From positions 2,255-66,254 of the forward strand of contig CAZGYG010000005.1 in the NCBI GenBank assembly GCA_964530335.1: a stretch of 64,000 bases of DNA, given 5' to 3'. The position numbers were made by a program, and so were the translations under genes. A model generated the notes under the pieces. It saw only the letters and a list, made by a program, of their open reading frames with translations, searched no databases and had not been told where the DNA came from. This stretch comes from an uncultured Rhodospirillaceae bacterium. GTDB lineage: Bacteria; Pseudomonadota; Alphaproteobacteria; SP197. Positions 1-9,817 of the stretch are shown one piece after another (the first letter of the stretch is position 1; the number at the start of each line of letters is the position of its first letter).

Positions 1-121
1 CGACGAACGCCGCGACGAAGCAGACCAGCAGCGCGATCACCGAGCGGATCAGCCGTTTGCGCAGATCGATCAGGTGATCGATCAGCGGACGCTTGGTGTC
101 GTCGATGTCCTTGATGACCAT
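1..121 (-). CDS. tatC: Twin-arginine translocase subunit TatC (5' part, runs off the window)
   Basis: Manual translation MVIKDIDDTKRPLIDHLIDLRKRLIRSVIALLVCFVAAFV matches the TatC N-terminal PLxxHLxxLRxRL motif; lies downstream of tatA-tatB. Confidence 0.93.
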   Translation of the reverse strand, partial: MVIKDIDDTKRPLIDHLIDLRKRLIRSVIALLVCFVAAFV

Positions 122-148
122 GACGTCGCGGGCGTGGGGGCGCGCCGA

Positions 149-550
149 TCAGGCGCGGGATACCGGATCGGGTTCGCGGGGCGTCGGCGTGCTTGCCGGT
201 TCCGCCGGTCCGGGCGCACCGGGCGCCGCGGCGCGCAGTTCGCCATTCGATTTGGCCGACGCTTGCGCCGGTTCAGGCGTCGGCTTCTCTGTCGCGCCGC
301 CGAACACGGCCTTCTTGATCTGGGTCGTCGGGTTCAGGCTCGCGACGCCCTGGACCTGGCGCTTGAGGTCGTCGACCCCCGCCTCGCGCGCCAACTGGTC
401 CATGCCGCGCTGGAACTCGTTGGCGAGCCGGCGCGCCTTGCCCATCCACTGGCCCAAGGTGCGCAGGATGCGCGGAAGGTCCTTGGGGCCGATGACGATC
501 AGCGCCAGCACGACGATGACCGCCATCTCGGTCCACGATATGCCCAGCAC
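149..550 (-). CDS. tatB: Twin-arginine translocase subunit TatB
   Basis: N-terminus MLGISWTEMAVIVVLALIVIGPKDLP followed by an amphipathic helix; between tatA and tatC. Confidence 0.95.
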   Translation of the reverse strand: MLGISWTEMAVIVVLALIVIGPKDLPRILRTLGQWMGKARRLANEFQRGMDQLAREAGVDDLKRQVQGVASLNPTTQIKKAVFGGATEKPTPEPAQASAKSNGELRAAAPGAPGPAEPASTPTPREPDPVSRA

Positions 551-578
551 GTTCGTGCGCCCCCTTGAGGGCCCGGCC

Positions 579-815
579 TCAGCGTTCGACCACCTTGTCC
601 TTGCCGACCACCGGCGCGGACGCCGCTTCGCCGGTCACCTGCTTGGGCGAGACCGCCTCGGCGTCCTCATCGCCCTTGTCTTCCTTCATGCCGTACTTGA
701 ACGCCTTGATGCCCTTGGCCAAATCGCCCATCACGGCGGGTATCCGGTTGCGCCCGAACAGCAGCACCACGATGATCAGGACGATCAACCAATGCCAAAT
801 ACTGAACGATCCCAT
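579..815 (-). CDS. tatA: Twin-arginine translocase subunit TatA
   Basis: [21 protein letters not shown]...[12 protein letters not shown] is a canonical TatA sequence. Confidence 0.97.
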   Translation of the reverse strand: MGSFSIWHWLIVLIIVVLLFGRNRIPAVMGDLAKGIKAFKYGMKEDKGDEDAEAVSPKQVTGEAASAPVVGKDKVVER

Positions 816-907
816 CGACTTAGTTCCTCCATGGCGGCATGCCTGGCGCGCCGACGGATGATGTCAGAACGCTCGGGGCATGGCAACGAAGCTGCGTTGC
901 GGCCGAC

Positions 908-2029
908 TTACCGCTTTTCTGGCGGCTTATCTGGCCGATCTTCGTGTCCAGTGCAAGGGAAGACCAGCGCCGCGCGCGGCGCCACCGCCAGTCCGACCCG
1001 GCAGCCGACGGCGGGGGCGGCGGCCCGGGCCAGGCGGGCGCGCACCTCGCCGCCCTGGTCGAGCCTCAGGTCGACGACGATCTCCGCGCCCAGCGAATGG
1101 CGGCCCAGCACCGTGGCCGGCGCGCCGTGGTCCATGTCGCCGATGACCACGTCCTCGGGGCGCACCAGCACATCGACCAGGGTGCCGTCGCCGATGCCGG
1201 CCGCACCGTGAACACCCAGGGCCGAGACCGCGTTGCCGCGCTCGACCGTGGCGTGGAAGCCGTTGACGAAGCCGAGGAACTTGGTGACGAACGCGCTCGC
1301 CGGCCGGGCATAGACCGAATCCGGCGTGTCGACCTGCACCAGGCGCCCGTCGCGCATGACGGCGATCCGGTCGGCCAGGAACATCGCTTCCTCGGCGTCG
1401 TGGGTCACGATCAGCGTCGTCGCGCCCGCCTGGCGAAGGATCGCCAGGGTTTCCGAGCGCACGCTTTCGCGCAGCCGGATATCCAGATTGGAGAACGGCT
1501 CGTCGAGCAGGAGGATGCGCGGGTCCGGGGCCAGGGCGCGCGCCAGGGCGACGCGCTGCTGCTCGCCGCCCGAAAGCATGTGCGGGTAGCTTGCCGCATG
1601 CTGGGCCATGCCGACCCGCTCGAGGTGCTCCCTCGCCCGCGCGCGGCGTTGCGCCGGCGCCAGGTCGCCGAGCCCGAACGCGACGTTGGCCAGGGCGTCG
1701 AGGTGCGGGAACAAGGCGTAGTCCTGGAATACGAAGCCGATCCGCCGCCGCTCGGGCGGCACCTCATGGCCGGGTTCCGCAACCACCCGGCCCTCGATCA
1801 CGATGCGGCCGGCCTGAAGCGGTTCCAGACCCGCGGCCAGGCGCAGCAGCGTGGTCTTGCCACAACCCGACGGGCCGAGCAGGCAAGCGATCTCGCCGGC
1901 CGCCAGGCTCAGTGTCACGGCATCGAGCACCCGGCGCGCGCCGAACGCGTGGCTGACCCGCTCGAGCCCGAGCACGGACTGCGGCGTCCCGGGCCGCGTC
2001 GCCGGGTTCTCGTTCAATCCTAACGCCAT
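908..2029 (-). CDS. ABC transporter ATP-binding protein, FbpC/PotA-like (probable Fe3+ transport)
   Basis: Walker A GPSGCGKT, FQDYALFPH, LSGGEQQRVALARAL, LLLDEPFSNLD, C-terminal TOBE-like region; start moved to ATG 2029. Confidence 0.85.
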   Translation of the reverse strand: MALGLNENPATRPGTPQSVLGLERVSHAFGARRVLDAVTLSLAAGEIACLLGPSGCGKTTLLRLAAGLEPLQAGRIVIEGRVVAEPGHEVPPERRRIGFVFQDYALFPHLDALANVAFGLGDLAPAQRRARAREHLERVGMAQHAASYPHMLSGGEQQRVALARALAPDPRILLLDEPFSNLDIRLRESVRSETLAILRQAGATTLIVTHDAEEAMFLADRIAVMRDGRLVQVDTPDSVYARPASAFVTKFLGFVNGFHATVERGNAVSALGVHGAAGIGDGTLVDVLVRPEDVVIGDMDHGAPATVLGRHSLGAEIVVDLRLDQGGEVRARLARAAAPAVGCRVGLAVAPRAALVFPCTGHEDRPDKPPEKR

Positions 2030-2101
2030 GCCTGCCTCGGTGGCCGCGCGCCCTTTTGCCGCAACAAAGCAGGTTGCGTTTAGGTGGGCCGTCCGCCGCT
2101 T

Positions 2102-2198
2102 GTCCTTCGAGACGCCGCTTTGCGGCTCCTCAGGACGAACGGATTGGAAAATAGCCGTTCGTGGTGAGGAGCTTGCGCAGCAAGCGTCTCGAACCACG
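2102..2198. repeat. Palindromic intergenic REP-like element (two inverted copies)
   Basis: gtccttcgagacgccgctttgcggctcctcaggacgaacgg followed by the inverted ccgttcgtggtgaggagcttgcgcagcaagcgtctcgaaccac; resembles alphaproteobacterial intergenic palindromes. Confidence 0.75.
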
Positions 2199-2276
2199 AG
2201 CGGCGTTACCGCACTTGCCGATCCAATCTCATCACATCGGGCGCTCGCCTGATAAGGTCGCCTGATAGGGGCCGCA

Positions 2277-2304
2277 TGCGATATTGTGGTGCAATTCATT
2301 CGCA
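2277..2304. promoter_or_regulatory. Candidate iron-regulator (alphaproteobacterial Fur-type) operator
   Basis: tgcaattcattcgca (imperfect TGC-N9-GCA palindrome) nested in tgcga...tcgca, in an AT-rich region upstream of the FbpC-like gene. Confidence 0.4.
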
Positions 2305-2493
2305 CGCGCAACTTCTTATGTCCCGCTGCCTGCGGCCACCGTTCGTTCACCTTGAGTTGGCTCAACCACATTCGATGTTAAAAACCAACTCGATAATAAA
2401 GTGCAATGTCTTGAATCGGCTTATGAAATAGGCGCTATTGAATCTGGCGTCTCAATGCCGAATCGCGTCGTAACCCTGGCGTCAGCGCGTCGA

Positions 2494-3117
2494 CTAGGCG
2501 GGCTCGGCTTCTGCTTCCGGCTCGTCGTCGTCGCTGGAATCGTCGCCGTCGTCGTCGGGTGCCGTCGCGGCCAGCGCCGGCAGCAACGACACAGGCCCGA
2601 GCAGCCCCGAGGCCTTGAGCTCGCCCGCCCCCGGCAGGTCGTCAATCGAGGCCAGGCCGAAGTGTTCGAGAAACTCGTCGGTCGTGACCCACAGCACCGG
2701 CCGGCCGGGCGCCTCGCGGTGGCCGCGCGGCTTGACCCAGCCCGCTTCGAGCAACAGGTCGAGCGTGCCCCGGCTGACCGAGACGCCGCGGATGTCCTCG
2801 ACCTCGGCGCGCGTCACCGGCTGGTGATAGGCGACGATGGCGAGGGTCTCCAGCGCCGCGCGGCTGAGCTTGCGCGTAACTTCGACGTCGATGCGCAGCA
2901 GCGCGCCGAGATCGGGGGCGGAGCGAAACTGCCAGCGCCCGGCGACCTCGACCAGGTTGACGCCGCGTTCGGCGTAGTCCCGCGCCAGTTCCGCCAGGAC
3001 GTCCGCCGCCGCGACGGTGTCGGGCAGGCGGGTTTGAATCTCGTCCGCGTCCAGGGGCTCGGGCGCGGCGAACAGCAGGGCCTCGACCAGCCGCTTGTGC
3101 GGGACGGCATCGTTCAT
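2494..3117 (-). CDS. scpB: SMC-Scp complex subunit ScpB
   Basis: EALLFAA, LSRAALETLAIVAYHQPVTRAEVEDIRGV, PGRP...TTDEFLEHFGL; start overlaps the scpA stop. Confidence 0.96.
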   Translation of the reverse strand: MNDAVPHKRLVEALLFAAPEPLDADEIQTRLPDTVAAADVLAELARDYAERGVNLVEVAGRWQFRSAPDLGALLRIDVEVTRKLSRAALETLAIVAYHQPVTRAEVEDIRGVSVSRGTLDLLLEAGWVKPRGHREAPGRPVLWVTTDEFLEHFGLASIDDLPGAGELKASGLLGPVSLLPALAATAPDDDGDDSSDDDEPEAEAEPA

Positions 3118-3905
3118 GGCGCGCTCGCTCGCCTGACGTAGATCGGGCCGAAGGCGCCGAGCTGGCGAAGCTGCAACACGCCTTCGCGCGCGAGCTCGAG
3201 GCTGGCGACCAGGGTCGAGGCGACCGCCGAACGCTCCATCAAGGCCTCGCCCGGCCCGGGCGGCAGAAACCGCCACAGCGTGTCCCACTCGGGCACGTCG
3301 GGCAGCAGGCGACGCAGGCGCTCAAGAGCTTCCTCGATGGTCACGATCTGCAGCCGGCGGATGTGCAGGGTCTCGCGCACCTCGCCGCGCCGCTTCTGCT
3401 CGCCGTAGGCCTTGAGCAGCTCGAACAGGGTCGCCGCGAAGACGATCGACCGTTCGATCGGCACGCCTTCCGGCGCGCCCCGCGCGAACACCTCGTGGCC
3501 GAGCCGCGGCCGCGCCATCAGCCGCTCGGCCGCGTCGCGCATCGCCTCGAGCCGGCGGAGCCGCAGCGCCAGCGCCTCGGCCAATTCCTCGGCGCTCGCC
3601 TCGTCCCGTTCCTCGGGCGGCAGCAGCAGGCGCGACTTGAGGTAGGCGAGCCACGCCGCCATCACCAGGTAATCGGCCGCGATGTCGAGCCGCGCCCGCC
3701 CGGCCGCGGCGATGAACGCGAGGTACTGATCGGCCAGCGCCAGGATCGAGATGCGCTTGAGGTCGACCTTCTGGCGCCGCGCCAGCTCGAGCAGCACGTC
3801 GAGCGGGCCCTCGAACCCGGCGAGATCGACGACGAAGCGCGCGGCCTCGTCGAGCGGCGGCTCCCAGCCGTCCTCGCCCAGCGGTCGATCGATCTGCTCG
3901 CTCAC
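3114..3905 (-). CDS. scpA: Segregation/condensation protein ScpA
   Basis: FEGPLDVLLELAR, ADYLVMAAWLAYLKSRLLLP, ASLELAREG; GTG start chosen because of an upstream GAGG. Confidence 0.95.
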   Translation of the reverse strand: MSEQIDRPLGEDGWEPPLDEAARFVVDLAGFEGPLDVLLELARRQKVDLKRISILALADQYLAFIAAAGRARLDIAADYLVMAAWLAYLKSRLLLPPEERDEASAEELAEALALRLRRLEAMRDAAERLMARPRLGHEVFARGAPEGVPIERSIVFAATLFELLKAYGEQKRRGEVRETLHIRRLQIVTIEEALERLRRLLPDVPEWDTLWRFLPPGPGEALMERSAVASTLVASLELAREGVLQLRQLGAFGPIYVRRASAP

Positions 3906-3959
3906 CCGAACCTCGTCCCTACCCATGCGCCGATTCGGCCGCATTGTCACCAGCGCCCA

Positions 3960-4649
3960 TCAGCGCACCCCGGTCACGGCCAGGATGGCGCGGACCACGG
4001 CATCGACCGGCGGCCCCAGCAGCCGCGACGCGATGTTGAGGTCGCGGCCGATCTGTTCCCCGATCAGCGGCGGCAGCAGCAGCAGGCCGATCACGAGCAG
4101 CATGCCGTAGCGCTCGAGCCGGGCGACGCCGCGGTCGAGCGGCGGCGGCAACAGCCCGACCAGAACCCGCCCGCCGTCGAGCGGCGGTATCGGCAGCATG
4201 TTGAACACGCCGAGCACGACGTTCAGCATCAGCCCGTTGACCAGGTTCCTGGTCAACCACTCGCCGGTCGAGCCCGGCAGCAGGTCCGCGCCGTGCAGCG
4301 CGACCGCGCAGGCCAGCGCCAGCGCGAGGTTCATCGCCGGCCCGGCCGCCGCCACCAGCACCATGTCGCGCTTGACGTGCCGGAGCCTGCGGAAGTTGAC
4401 CGGCACCGGCTTGGCGTAGCCGAACAGGAACGGCGCGCCGGCGATCAGAAGAATCCCGGGCAGCACCACGGTGCCCATGAGGTCGATGTGGCGCAGCGGG
4501 TTGAAGCTGACGCGCCCCATGCGCAGCGCCGTGTCGTCGCCGAGCCTGGACGCCACCCAGCCGTGCGCCGCCTCGTGGAAGGTGATGGCGAACAGCGCCG
4601 GCAACACCCAGGTCGTGGCCTGGTATATAATCGAGGAGAGATCGCCCAT
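3960..4649 (-). CDS. Site-2 protease (peptidase M50) family membrane metalloprotease
   Basis: HEAAH (HExxH), AGPAMN and NMLPIPPLDGG motifs; hydrophobic. Confidence 0.93.
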   Translation of the reverse strand: MGDLSSIIYQATTWVLPALFAITFHEAAHGWVASRLGDDTALRMGRVSFNPLRHIDLMGTVVLPGILLIAGAPFLFGYAKPVPVNFRRLRHVKRDMVLVAAAGPAMNLALALACAVALHGADLLPGSTGEWLTRNLVNGLMLNVVLGVFNMLPIPPLDGGRVLVGLLPPPLDRGVARLERYGMLLVIGLLLLPPLIGEQIGRDLNIASRLLGPPVDAVVRAILAVTGVR

Positions 4650-4754
4650 CTGAGGTCCGTTTCGACGTGCCTACGTGGCCCATCGGCGTGGCGAAGTCCA
4701 GCCCCGCGGCGCGGCGCGTCCCTTTATGATTTGGTCATGATCTGGCGGCGAGGA

Positions 4755-4794
4755 CTTGACGAGTAGCGCGGCCAGGGCTTGACGAGTAGCGCGG
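4755..4794 (+). repeat. Perfect 17-bp direct repeat cttgacgagtagcgcgg (two copies, 23-bp period)
   Basis: Copies at 4755-4771 and 4778-4794 in the divergent S2P/rhlE intergenic region; each contains a TTGACG -35-like hexamer. Confidence 0.85.
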
Positions 4795-5011
4795 ATTGTG
4801 CGATTGGTACGGCCTCTCGGGGCGCTCCAGCCGCGTAGAAGTCGACGTCCAACGTCGCTGCCTGTTGAGCGCCATTTACCGAAAACCCGATCGACCCAGG
4901 TTACGCGGGGTCCATCAATTCCGGCGACGGGCGCTTTGCGCCTCGGTTGCTGCGCCCTGACCGCGTTGCGCGGCGGGCAGCCGCGACCTCGCCTGTAAGG
5001 AACTTTACGAT

Positions 5012-6205
5012 ATGACGTCCTTTGCACCCCTCGGACTCGCCGAGCCCTTGTTGCGCGCACTTGCGCACGAGCGCTACGACGTGCCAACGCCGATCCAGGT
5101 CGCCGCCATTCCGCCTTTGCTGGCGGGCCGCGATCTGATCGGCATCGCCCAGACCGGCACCGGCAAGACCGCCGCGTTCGCCCTGCCCATCCTGCAACGC
5201 CTGGCCGCAATGAACGGACGGCCGGCGCCGCGGCGCTGCCGCGCGCTGGTGGTGGCGCCAACCCGCGAGCTTGCCGCCCAGATCGCCGAGAGCTTCCGAG
5301 CTTACGGCCGCTTCACGCGGCTCACGGTCGGCCTGGTGATCGGCGGCGCCAAGCCCGGACCCCAGGTGCGCGACCTCGCCCGCGGCCTCGACGTCCTGGT
5401 CGCCACCCCCGGGCGCCTGCTCGACCACATGCAGGGCGGCGCGGTCGGGCTCGACGCCTGCTCGATCGTCGTGCTCGACGAGGCCGACCACATGTTCGAC
5501 CTCGGCTTCATCGTGCCGATCAAGCGCATCCTCCGGGCGCTGCCGGCGCGGCGCCAAACGATCATGCTGTCCGCGACAATGCCCGGACCGATCGAGACGC
5601 TCGCGCGCGAGGTCCTGAAAGACCCGGCGCGGGTCGCGGTCACGCCGCCGGCCAAGACCGTGGATCGGGTCGAACAGATGGCCTACCTGGTCGAAACGTC
5701 CGGCAAGCGCCAGCTCCTGACCGAGCTCCTGTCGCGCGCCGAGTTCTCCCGCGTCCTGGTGTTCACCCGCACCAAGCGCGGCGCGGATAAGGTCGCCGAG
5801 CATCTCGACAAGGCCGGGCTCGCCTCGACGGCGATCCACGGCAACAAGAGCCAGGGCCAGCGCGAGCGCGCGCTCGACAGCTTCAAGTCGGGGCGCACGC
5901 CGATCCTGGTCGCGACCGACATCGCGGCGCGCGGCATCGACGTCGAGGGCGTGACCCACGTGGTCAACTTCGACCTGCCCCACGTCGCCGAAAGCTATGT
6001 TCACCGCATTGGCCGCACGGCGCGCGCCGGCGCCGGGGGCACCGCGATCTCGCTGTGCGATCCGGGCGAGCACGGGATGCTGCGCGACATCGAGAAGATG
6101 ACCCGATTGACCGTGCCGCTGTTCGATCGCCACGGCCGCGCCTGCACGTTCACCCGCGCCGCCAACCCGCCCGCGAGGCACCGCCCACGCGGCCGCGCGG
6201 CCTGA
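5012..6205 (+). CDS. rhlE: DEAD-box RNA helicase, RhlE-like
   Basis: Q motif, AQTGTGKT, PTRELA, TPGRL, DEAD, SAT, ARGID and HRIGRTAR. Confidence 0.9.
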   Translation: MTSFAPLGLAEPLLRALAHERYDVPTPIQVAAIPPLLAGRDLIGIAQTGTGKTAAFALPILQRLAAMNGRPAPRRCRALVVAPTRELAAQIAESFRAYGRFTRLTVGLVIGGAKPGPQVRDLARGLDVLVATPGRLLDHMQGGAVGLDACSIVVLDEADHMFDLGFIVPIKRILRALPARRQTIMLSATMPGPIETLAREVLKDPARVAVTPPAKTVDRVEQMAYLVETSGKRQLLTELLSRAEFSRVLVFTRTKRGADKVAEHLDKAGLASTAIHGNKSQGQRERALDSFKSGRTPILVATDIAARGIDVEGVTHVVNFDLPHVAESYVHRIGRTARAGAGGTAISLCDPGEHGMLRDIEKMTRLTVPLFDRHGRACTFTRAANPPARHRPRGRAA

Positions 6206-6242
6206 CGCACCAAGGGCTGCTGACCGCGACGCGCCGGCGTAT

Positions 6243-6314
6243 CCCCCTCACCCTCCCACGGCTTTGCCGTGGGCCCCTCCCTCTCCCCATGTGGGAGAGG
6301 GTTGGGGTGAGGGG
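6243..6314. repeat. Palindromic intergenic element (CCCCTCACCC...CCCTCTCCC...GGGAGAGGG...GGGGTGAGGGG type)
   Basis: Nested inverted repeats between the convergent rhlE and nagZ genes; may also act as a terminator. Confidence 0.75.
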
Positions 6315-6352
6315 TAGCGCGCGTCGCATGAATCACAGTCGCCGTTGCTTGG

Positions 6353-7303
6353 TCACGCGCCAGCGGCGCGGCGTGACGCCGCTTCCAGACGTCGCGCCGC
6401 GCGGTCGGTCGGGCGGCCGGCGGCCTGGGCCACGGCGGCCATGGCCTCGGGCTTGCCGTCGCAGTGCAGCACCACGTCGCAGCCGGCGGCCAGCGCGGCC
6501 GCCGTGCGCTCGGCCAGGGTTCCGGTCAGCGCGCTCATGGACAGGTCATCGGTCAACAGCACGCCATCGAACCCGATGTCGCCCCGGATCGCGCGCTCGA
6601 TGACCGTGGGCGACAGGGTCGCGCAACGATCGGCGTCGATCGCTTCGTAGACGACGTGGGCGGTCATCGCCCACGGCAGGCCGTTGAGCTCGCGGAACGG
6701 CAGGAAGTCGGTTTGCCGGAGCTCGTCCCACGAGGCGGCGACGCGCGGCAGCGCATGGTGCGAATCGACCGTCGCCCGGCCGTGGCCGGGGATGTGCTTG
6801 GCGATCGGCGCGACGCCGGCCGCGATCAGCGCTTGGGCGCAGGCACGCCCAAGCCGGGCCACGGTCGGGGCGTCGCGCGCGAACGCGCGGCCGCCGATCA
6901 CGTCGTGGGATCCGGCGACCGGAACGTCGAGCACGGGCGCGCACGCGACGTCGATCCCGAGCGGGACGAGCTTGGCCGAGATGGCGCGTCCCAACGACCG
7001 CGCGCCTTCCTCGCCCTGGCGCGCCGCCTCGGCCGCCGAAGGCAGGTCGGGCCAATGAGGCGGGCGAAGCCGCTGCACCCGCCCGCCTTCCTCGTCGATC
7101 AGGACCGGCGAATGCCGCCCGACCGCTTCGCGCAATCGCGCCACCAGCCGGCGCACCTGGTCGGGGCTCTCGACGTTGCGGCCGAACAGGATGAAGCCGA
7201 CCGGCTGGACACGAGCGAACCAGCGCGCCTCGTCAGCGCCGAGCGTCGGTCCCGCGCAGCCGAACACCGCCGCCGTCAGGGCTTGGTCAGCGCTGGACGA
7301 CAA
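6353..7303 (-). CDS. nagZ: Beta-N-acetylhexosaminidase NagZ (GH3)
   Basis: GFILFGRN, IDEEGGRVQRL, KHIPGHGRATVDSH, TDDLSM; start (TTG) is approximate. Confidence 0.93.
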   Translation of the reverse strand: MSSSADQALTAAVFGCAGPTLGADEARWFARVQPVGFILFGRNVESPDQVRRLVARLREAVGRHSPVLIDEEGGRVQRLRPPHWPDLPSAAEAARQGEEGARSLGRAISAKLVPLGIDVACAPVLDVPVAGSHDVIGGRAFARDAPTVARLGRACAQALIAAGVAPIAKHIPGHGRATVDSHHALPRVAASWDELRQTDFLPFRELNGLPWAMTAHVVYEAIDADRCATLSPTVIERAIRGDIGFDGVLLTDDLSMSALTGTLAERTAAALAAGCDVVLHCDGKPEAMAAVAQAAGRPTDRAARRLEAASRRAAGA

Positions 7304-8075
7304 GGCAATCGAACTGTTGCTTGATTCGGGCGCACAACGCTTCGGCGTCATCGCGCGCGGCGAATGCGCCGATCTGCAGCCGATGGTAGACCCCCTGGTC
7401 CGCGCCCAGGTCGACGCTTTCGACCGTGGTCGGCAGCCCGGTGATCGCATCGCCGAGCTTGGCCTTGATGCGCGCCCATTCGGCATCGACCTTGGTGGCG
7501 TCCTTGACCGCGCCGACCTGGACGCGCCATGGCGCGGTCGTTTCCGGCGCGGCTTCCAGCGCCGCGATGTCTGTTTCCACGGCCTCGACGGCGGGTTCGG
7601 CCGTTTCCTCGAGCAGCGTCCCGATCGTCGCTTGCTCGGCCTGTGGCGCCACCTCGGACACGACGGCTTCGGGCACGGCGGCTTCGGGCGCTTCGGCCTC
7701 GGGCATCGCAGCCACTACGGGTTCCTCGGGCGGCGGCAACAGGCGCTCGACCGATTCAACCTCCTGGTGCGCTGGGTCGATCAGATCGTAGACCTCGGTG
7801 TCCTGATACGGAATCACGGTCCCGCCCGGCTCCTCGGGGCGGTGCTTGGTCGGCGCGGGATCGGCGGCGATGAACGGCACATCGTCGGGCGATACCGGTG
7901 GCGCGGTCCAGCGCGTCAGCCCCCAGCCCAGGCCGAGCGCGATGACGACGGCCACGGCGACCATGATGCCACGCCGGCCGAACCGGATGCGCCGGCCCGA
8001 CGCCCCGTGATCCTCGGATTGCACCTCCGCCATCCGATCCATCATCGTCCGCAGTTGATCGTCGGAAGGGTTCAC
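7287..8075 (-). CDS. ftsN: SPOR-domain membrane protein (FtsN-like)
   Basis: Single TM helix, acidic linker and C-terminal SPOR (WRVQVGA...YHRLQIGAF...A..LC); conserved argS-SPOR-nagZ position. Confidence 0.75.
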   Translation of the reverse strand: MNPSDDQLRTMMDRMAEVQSEDHGASGRRIRFGRRGIMVAVAVVIALGLGWGLTRWTAPPVSPDDVPFIAADPAPTKHRPEEPGGTVIPYQDTEVYDLIDPAHQEVESVERLLPPPEEPVVAAMPEAEAPEAAVPEAVVSEVAPQAEQATIGTLLEETAEPAVEAVETDIAALEAAPETTAPWRVQVGAVKDATKVDAEWARIKAKLGDAITGLPTTVESVDLGADQGVYHRLQIGAFAARDDAEALCARIKQQFDCLVVQR

Positions 8076-9817
8076 CGCATTTCCTCCGCCGGCGCGACGC
8101 CCATGACGCCGAGCCCGCCCGCGATCACCGCGCGCACGGCGCGCACCAGCCCGAGCCGCGCCTTGGTCAGCGCCACGTCGCCGGGAACCAGGAAGCGCAA
8201 ACCGGGGTCGTCGTTGCCCCGGTGCCAATGGGCATGGAACATCCCGGCCAGGTCGTAGAGATAGAACGCGAGCCGGTGCGGTTCGTGCGCCTCGGCCGCG
8301 GTCTCGAGGGTACGCGGCCACAGGGCGATCTGCTTGATGAGCGCGAGCTCGCCCAGGTCGCCCAGCCGCGCGAAATCGAGCGTTGTCGCGTCGTCGTCCG
8401 CCACGATGTCCGTCGCGTTGCGCAGCACCGAGCAGCAGCGCGCGTGGGCGTACTGGACATAGAACACCGGGTTGTCCTTCGACTGCTCGCGCACCTTCGC
8501 CAGGTCGAAGTCGAGGTGCATGTCGTTGCGCCGCGTCAGCATGACGAAGCGCACGACGTCCTTGCCGACGGCGTCGACGACGTCGCGCAACGCCACGAAG
8601 CTGCCGGCGCGCTTGGACATTCGCACCGGCTGGCCCTGGTCGAGCAGGTTGACGAGCTGGCAGATTTTGACATCGAGCGCGACCCGCCGGTCGGACAGCG
8701 CCGCGACCGCCGCCTGCATGCGCTTGACGTAGCCGCCGTGGTCGGCACCCCAGACGTCGATCAGCACCTCGAAGCCGCGGCGTAGCTTGTCGTTGTGGTA
8801 CGCGATGTCCCCGGCGAAATAGGTCCACGAGCCGTCCGATTTGCGCACCGGCCGGTCGACGTCGTCGCCGAACGCGGTGGAGCGGAACAGCGTCTGCTCG
8901 CGCGGCTCCCAGTCGTCGGGCTTGGAGCCCTTCGGCGGCTCCAGGACGCCTCGATAGATCAGCCCCTTGGCCTCCAGCGCCCCGAGCGCCGCCTCGACCC
9001 CGCCCGCCGCCACGCCGGCGCGCTCGGAACTGAATACCTCCTGGCGCACGCCGAGCAGCTCGAGGTCATCGCGGATCAGGGCCATCATGGCCGCGCTGGC
9101 GGTATCGCGCAGCGGCGCCAGCCATTGCGTCTCGACGACGCCGAGCCAACGATCGCCGTCGCGGGCGCGCAGGTCCTCGGCCACCGGAACCAGGTAATCG
9201 CCAGGGTAAAGCCCTTCCGGCATGGGGCCGAGACGTTCGCCGCACGCCTCGCGGTAGCGCCAGTGGAGCGCCCGGCCGAGCTGGTCGATCTGGGCGCCGG
9301 CATCGTTGATGTAAAACTCTCGGACGACCTTGTAACCAGCTGATTCCAGGAGGTTAGACAGGACATCGCCGACGACCGCGCCGCGCGCGTGGCCGACGTG
9401 CAGCGGCCCGGTCGGATTGGCCGAGACGTATTCGACGTTGACCCGGCGCCCGCGCCCGATATCGCCGCGCCCGTAGTCCGTGCCCGCCGCAAGGACCTCG
9501 GAAAGCCGGCGGTGCCAGAACCCGGCGTCGAAGCGCAGATTGATGAAGCCGGGTCCGGCGGCTTCGGCCGCGCTGACGCCCCCGATGCGGGCGAGCTCCG
9601 GGACCAGCAGCTCGGCGATCGCGCGCGGCGGCTTTCCCGCCCCCTTGGCGAGCACCAGGGCGGCGTTGGTCGCCATGTCGCCGTGAGCAGGGTCGCGGGG
9701 GGCATCGAGGGTCACGGCCTCCAATGGCAGCCCCTGGGGCAATCGGCCGTCGGCCGCCAGCCGCCCGATGGCCGCCACGACCTCGTCGCGCAGGGCCCGG
9801 AAGTAGTCGTGGCTCAC
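8072..9817 (-). CDS. argS: Arginine--tRNA ligase
   Basis: [20 protein letters not shown] (HIGH), [26 protein letters not shown]; GTG start overlaps the dgt stop. Confidence 0.97.
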   Translation of the reverse strand: MSHDYFRALRDEVVAAIGRLAADGRLPQGLPLEAVTLDAPRDPAHGDMATNAALVLAKGAGKPPRAIAELLVPELARIGGVSAAEAAGPGFINLRFDAGFWHRRLSEVLAAGTDYGRGDIGRGRRVNVEYVSANPTGPLHVGHARGAVVGDVLSNLLESAGYKVVREFYINDAGAQIDQLGRALHWRYREACGERLGPMPEGLYPGDYLVPVAEDLRARDGDRWLGVVETQWLAPLRDTASAAMMALIRDDLELLGVRQEVFSSERAGVAAGGVEAALGALEAKGLIYRGVLEPPKGSKPDDWEPREQTLFRSTAFGDDVDRPVRKSDGSWTYFAGDIAYHNDKLRRGFEVLIDVWGADHGGYVKRMQAAVAALSDRRVALDVKICQLVNLLDQGQPVRMSKRAGSFVALRDVVDAVGKDVVRFVMLTRRNDMHLDFDLAKVREQSKDNPVFYVQYAHARCCSVLRNATDIVADDDATTLDFARLGDLGELALIKQIALWPRTLETAAEAHEPHRLAFYLYDLAGMFHAHWHRGNDDPGLRFLVPGDVALTKARLGLVRAVRAVIAGGLGVMGVAPAEEMR

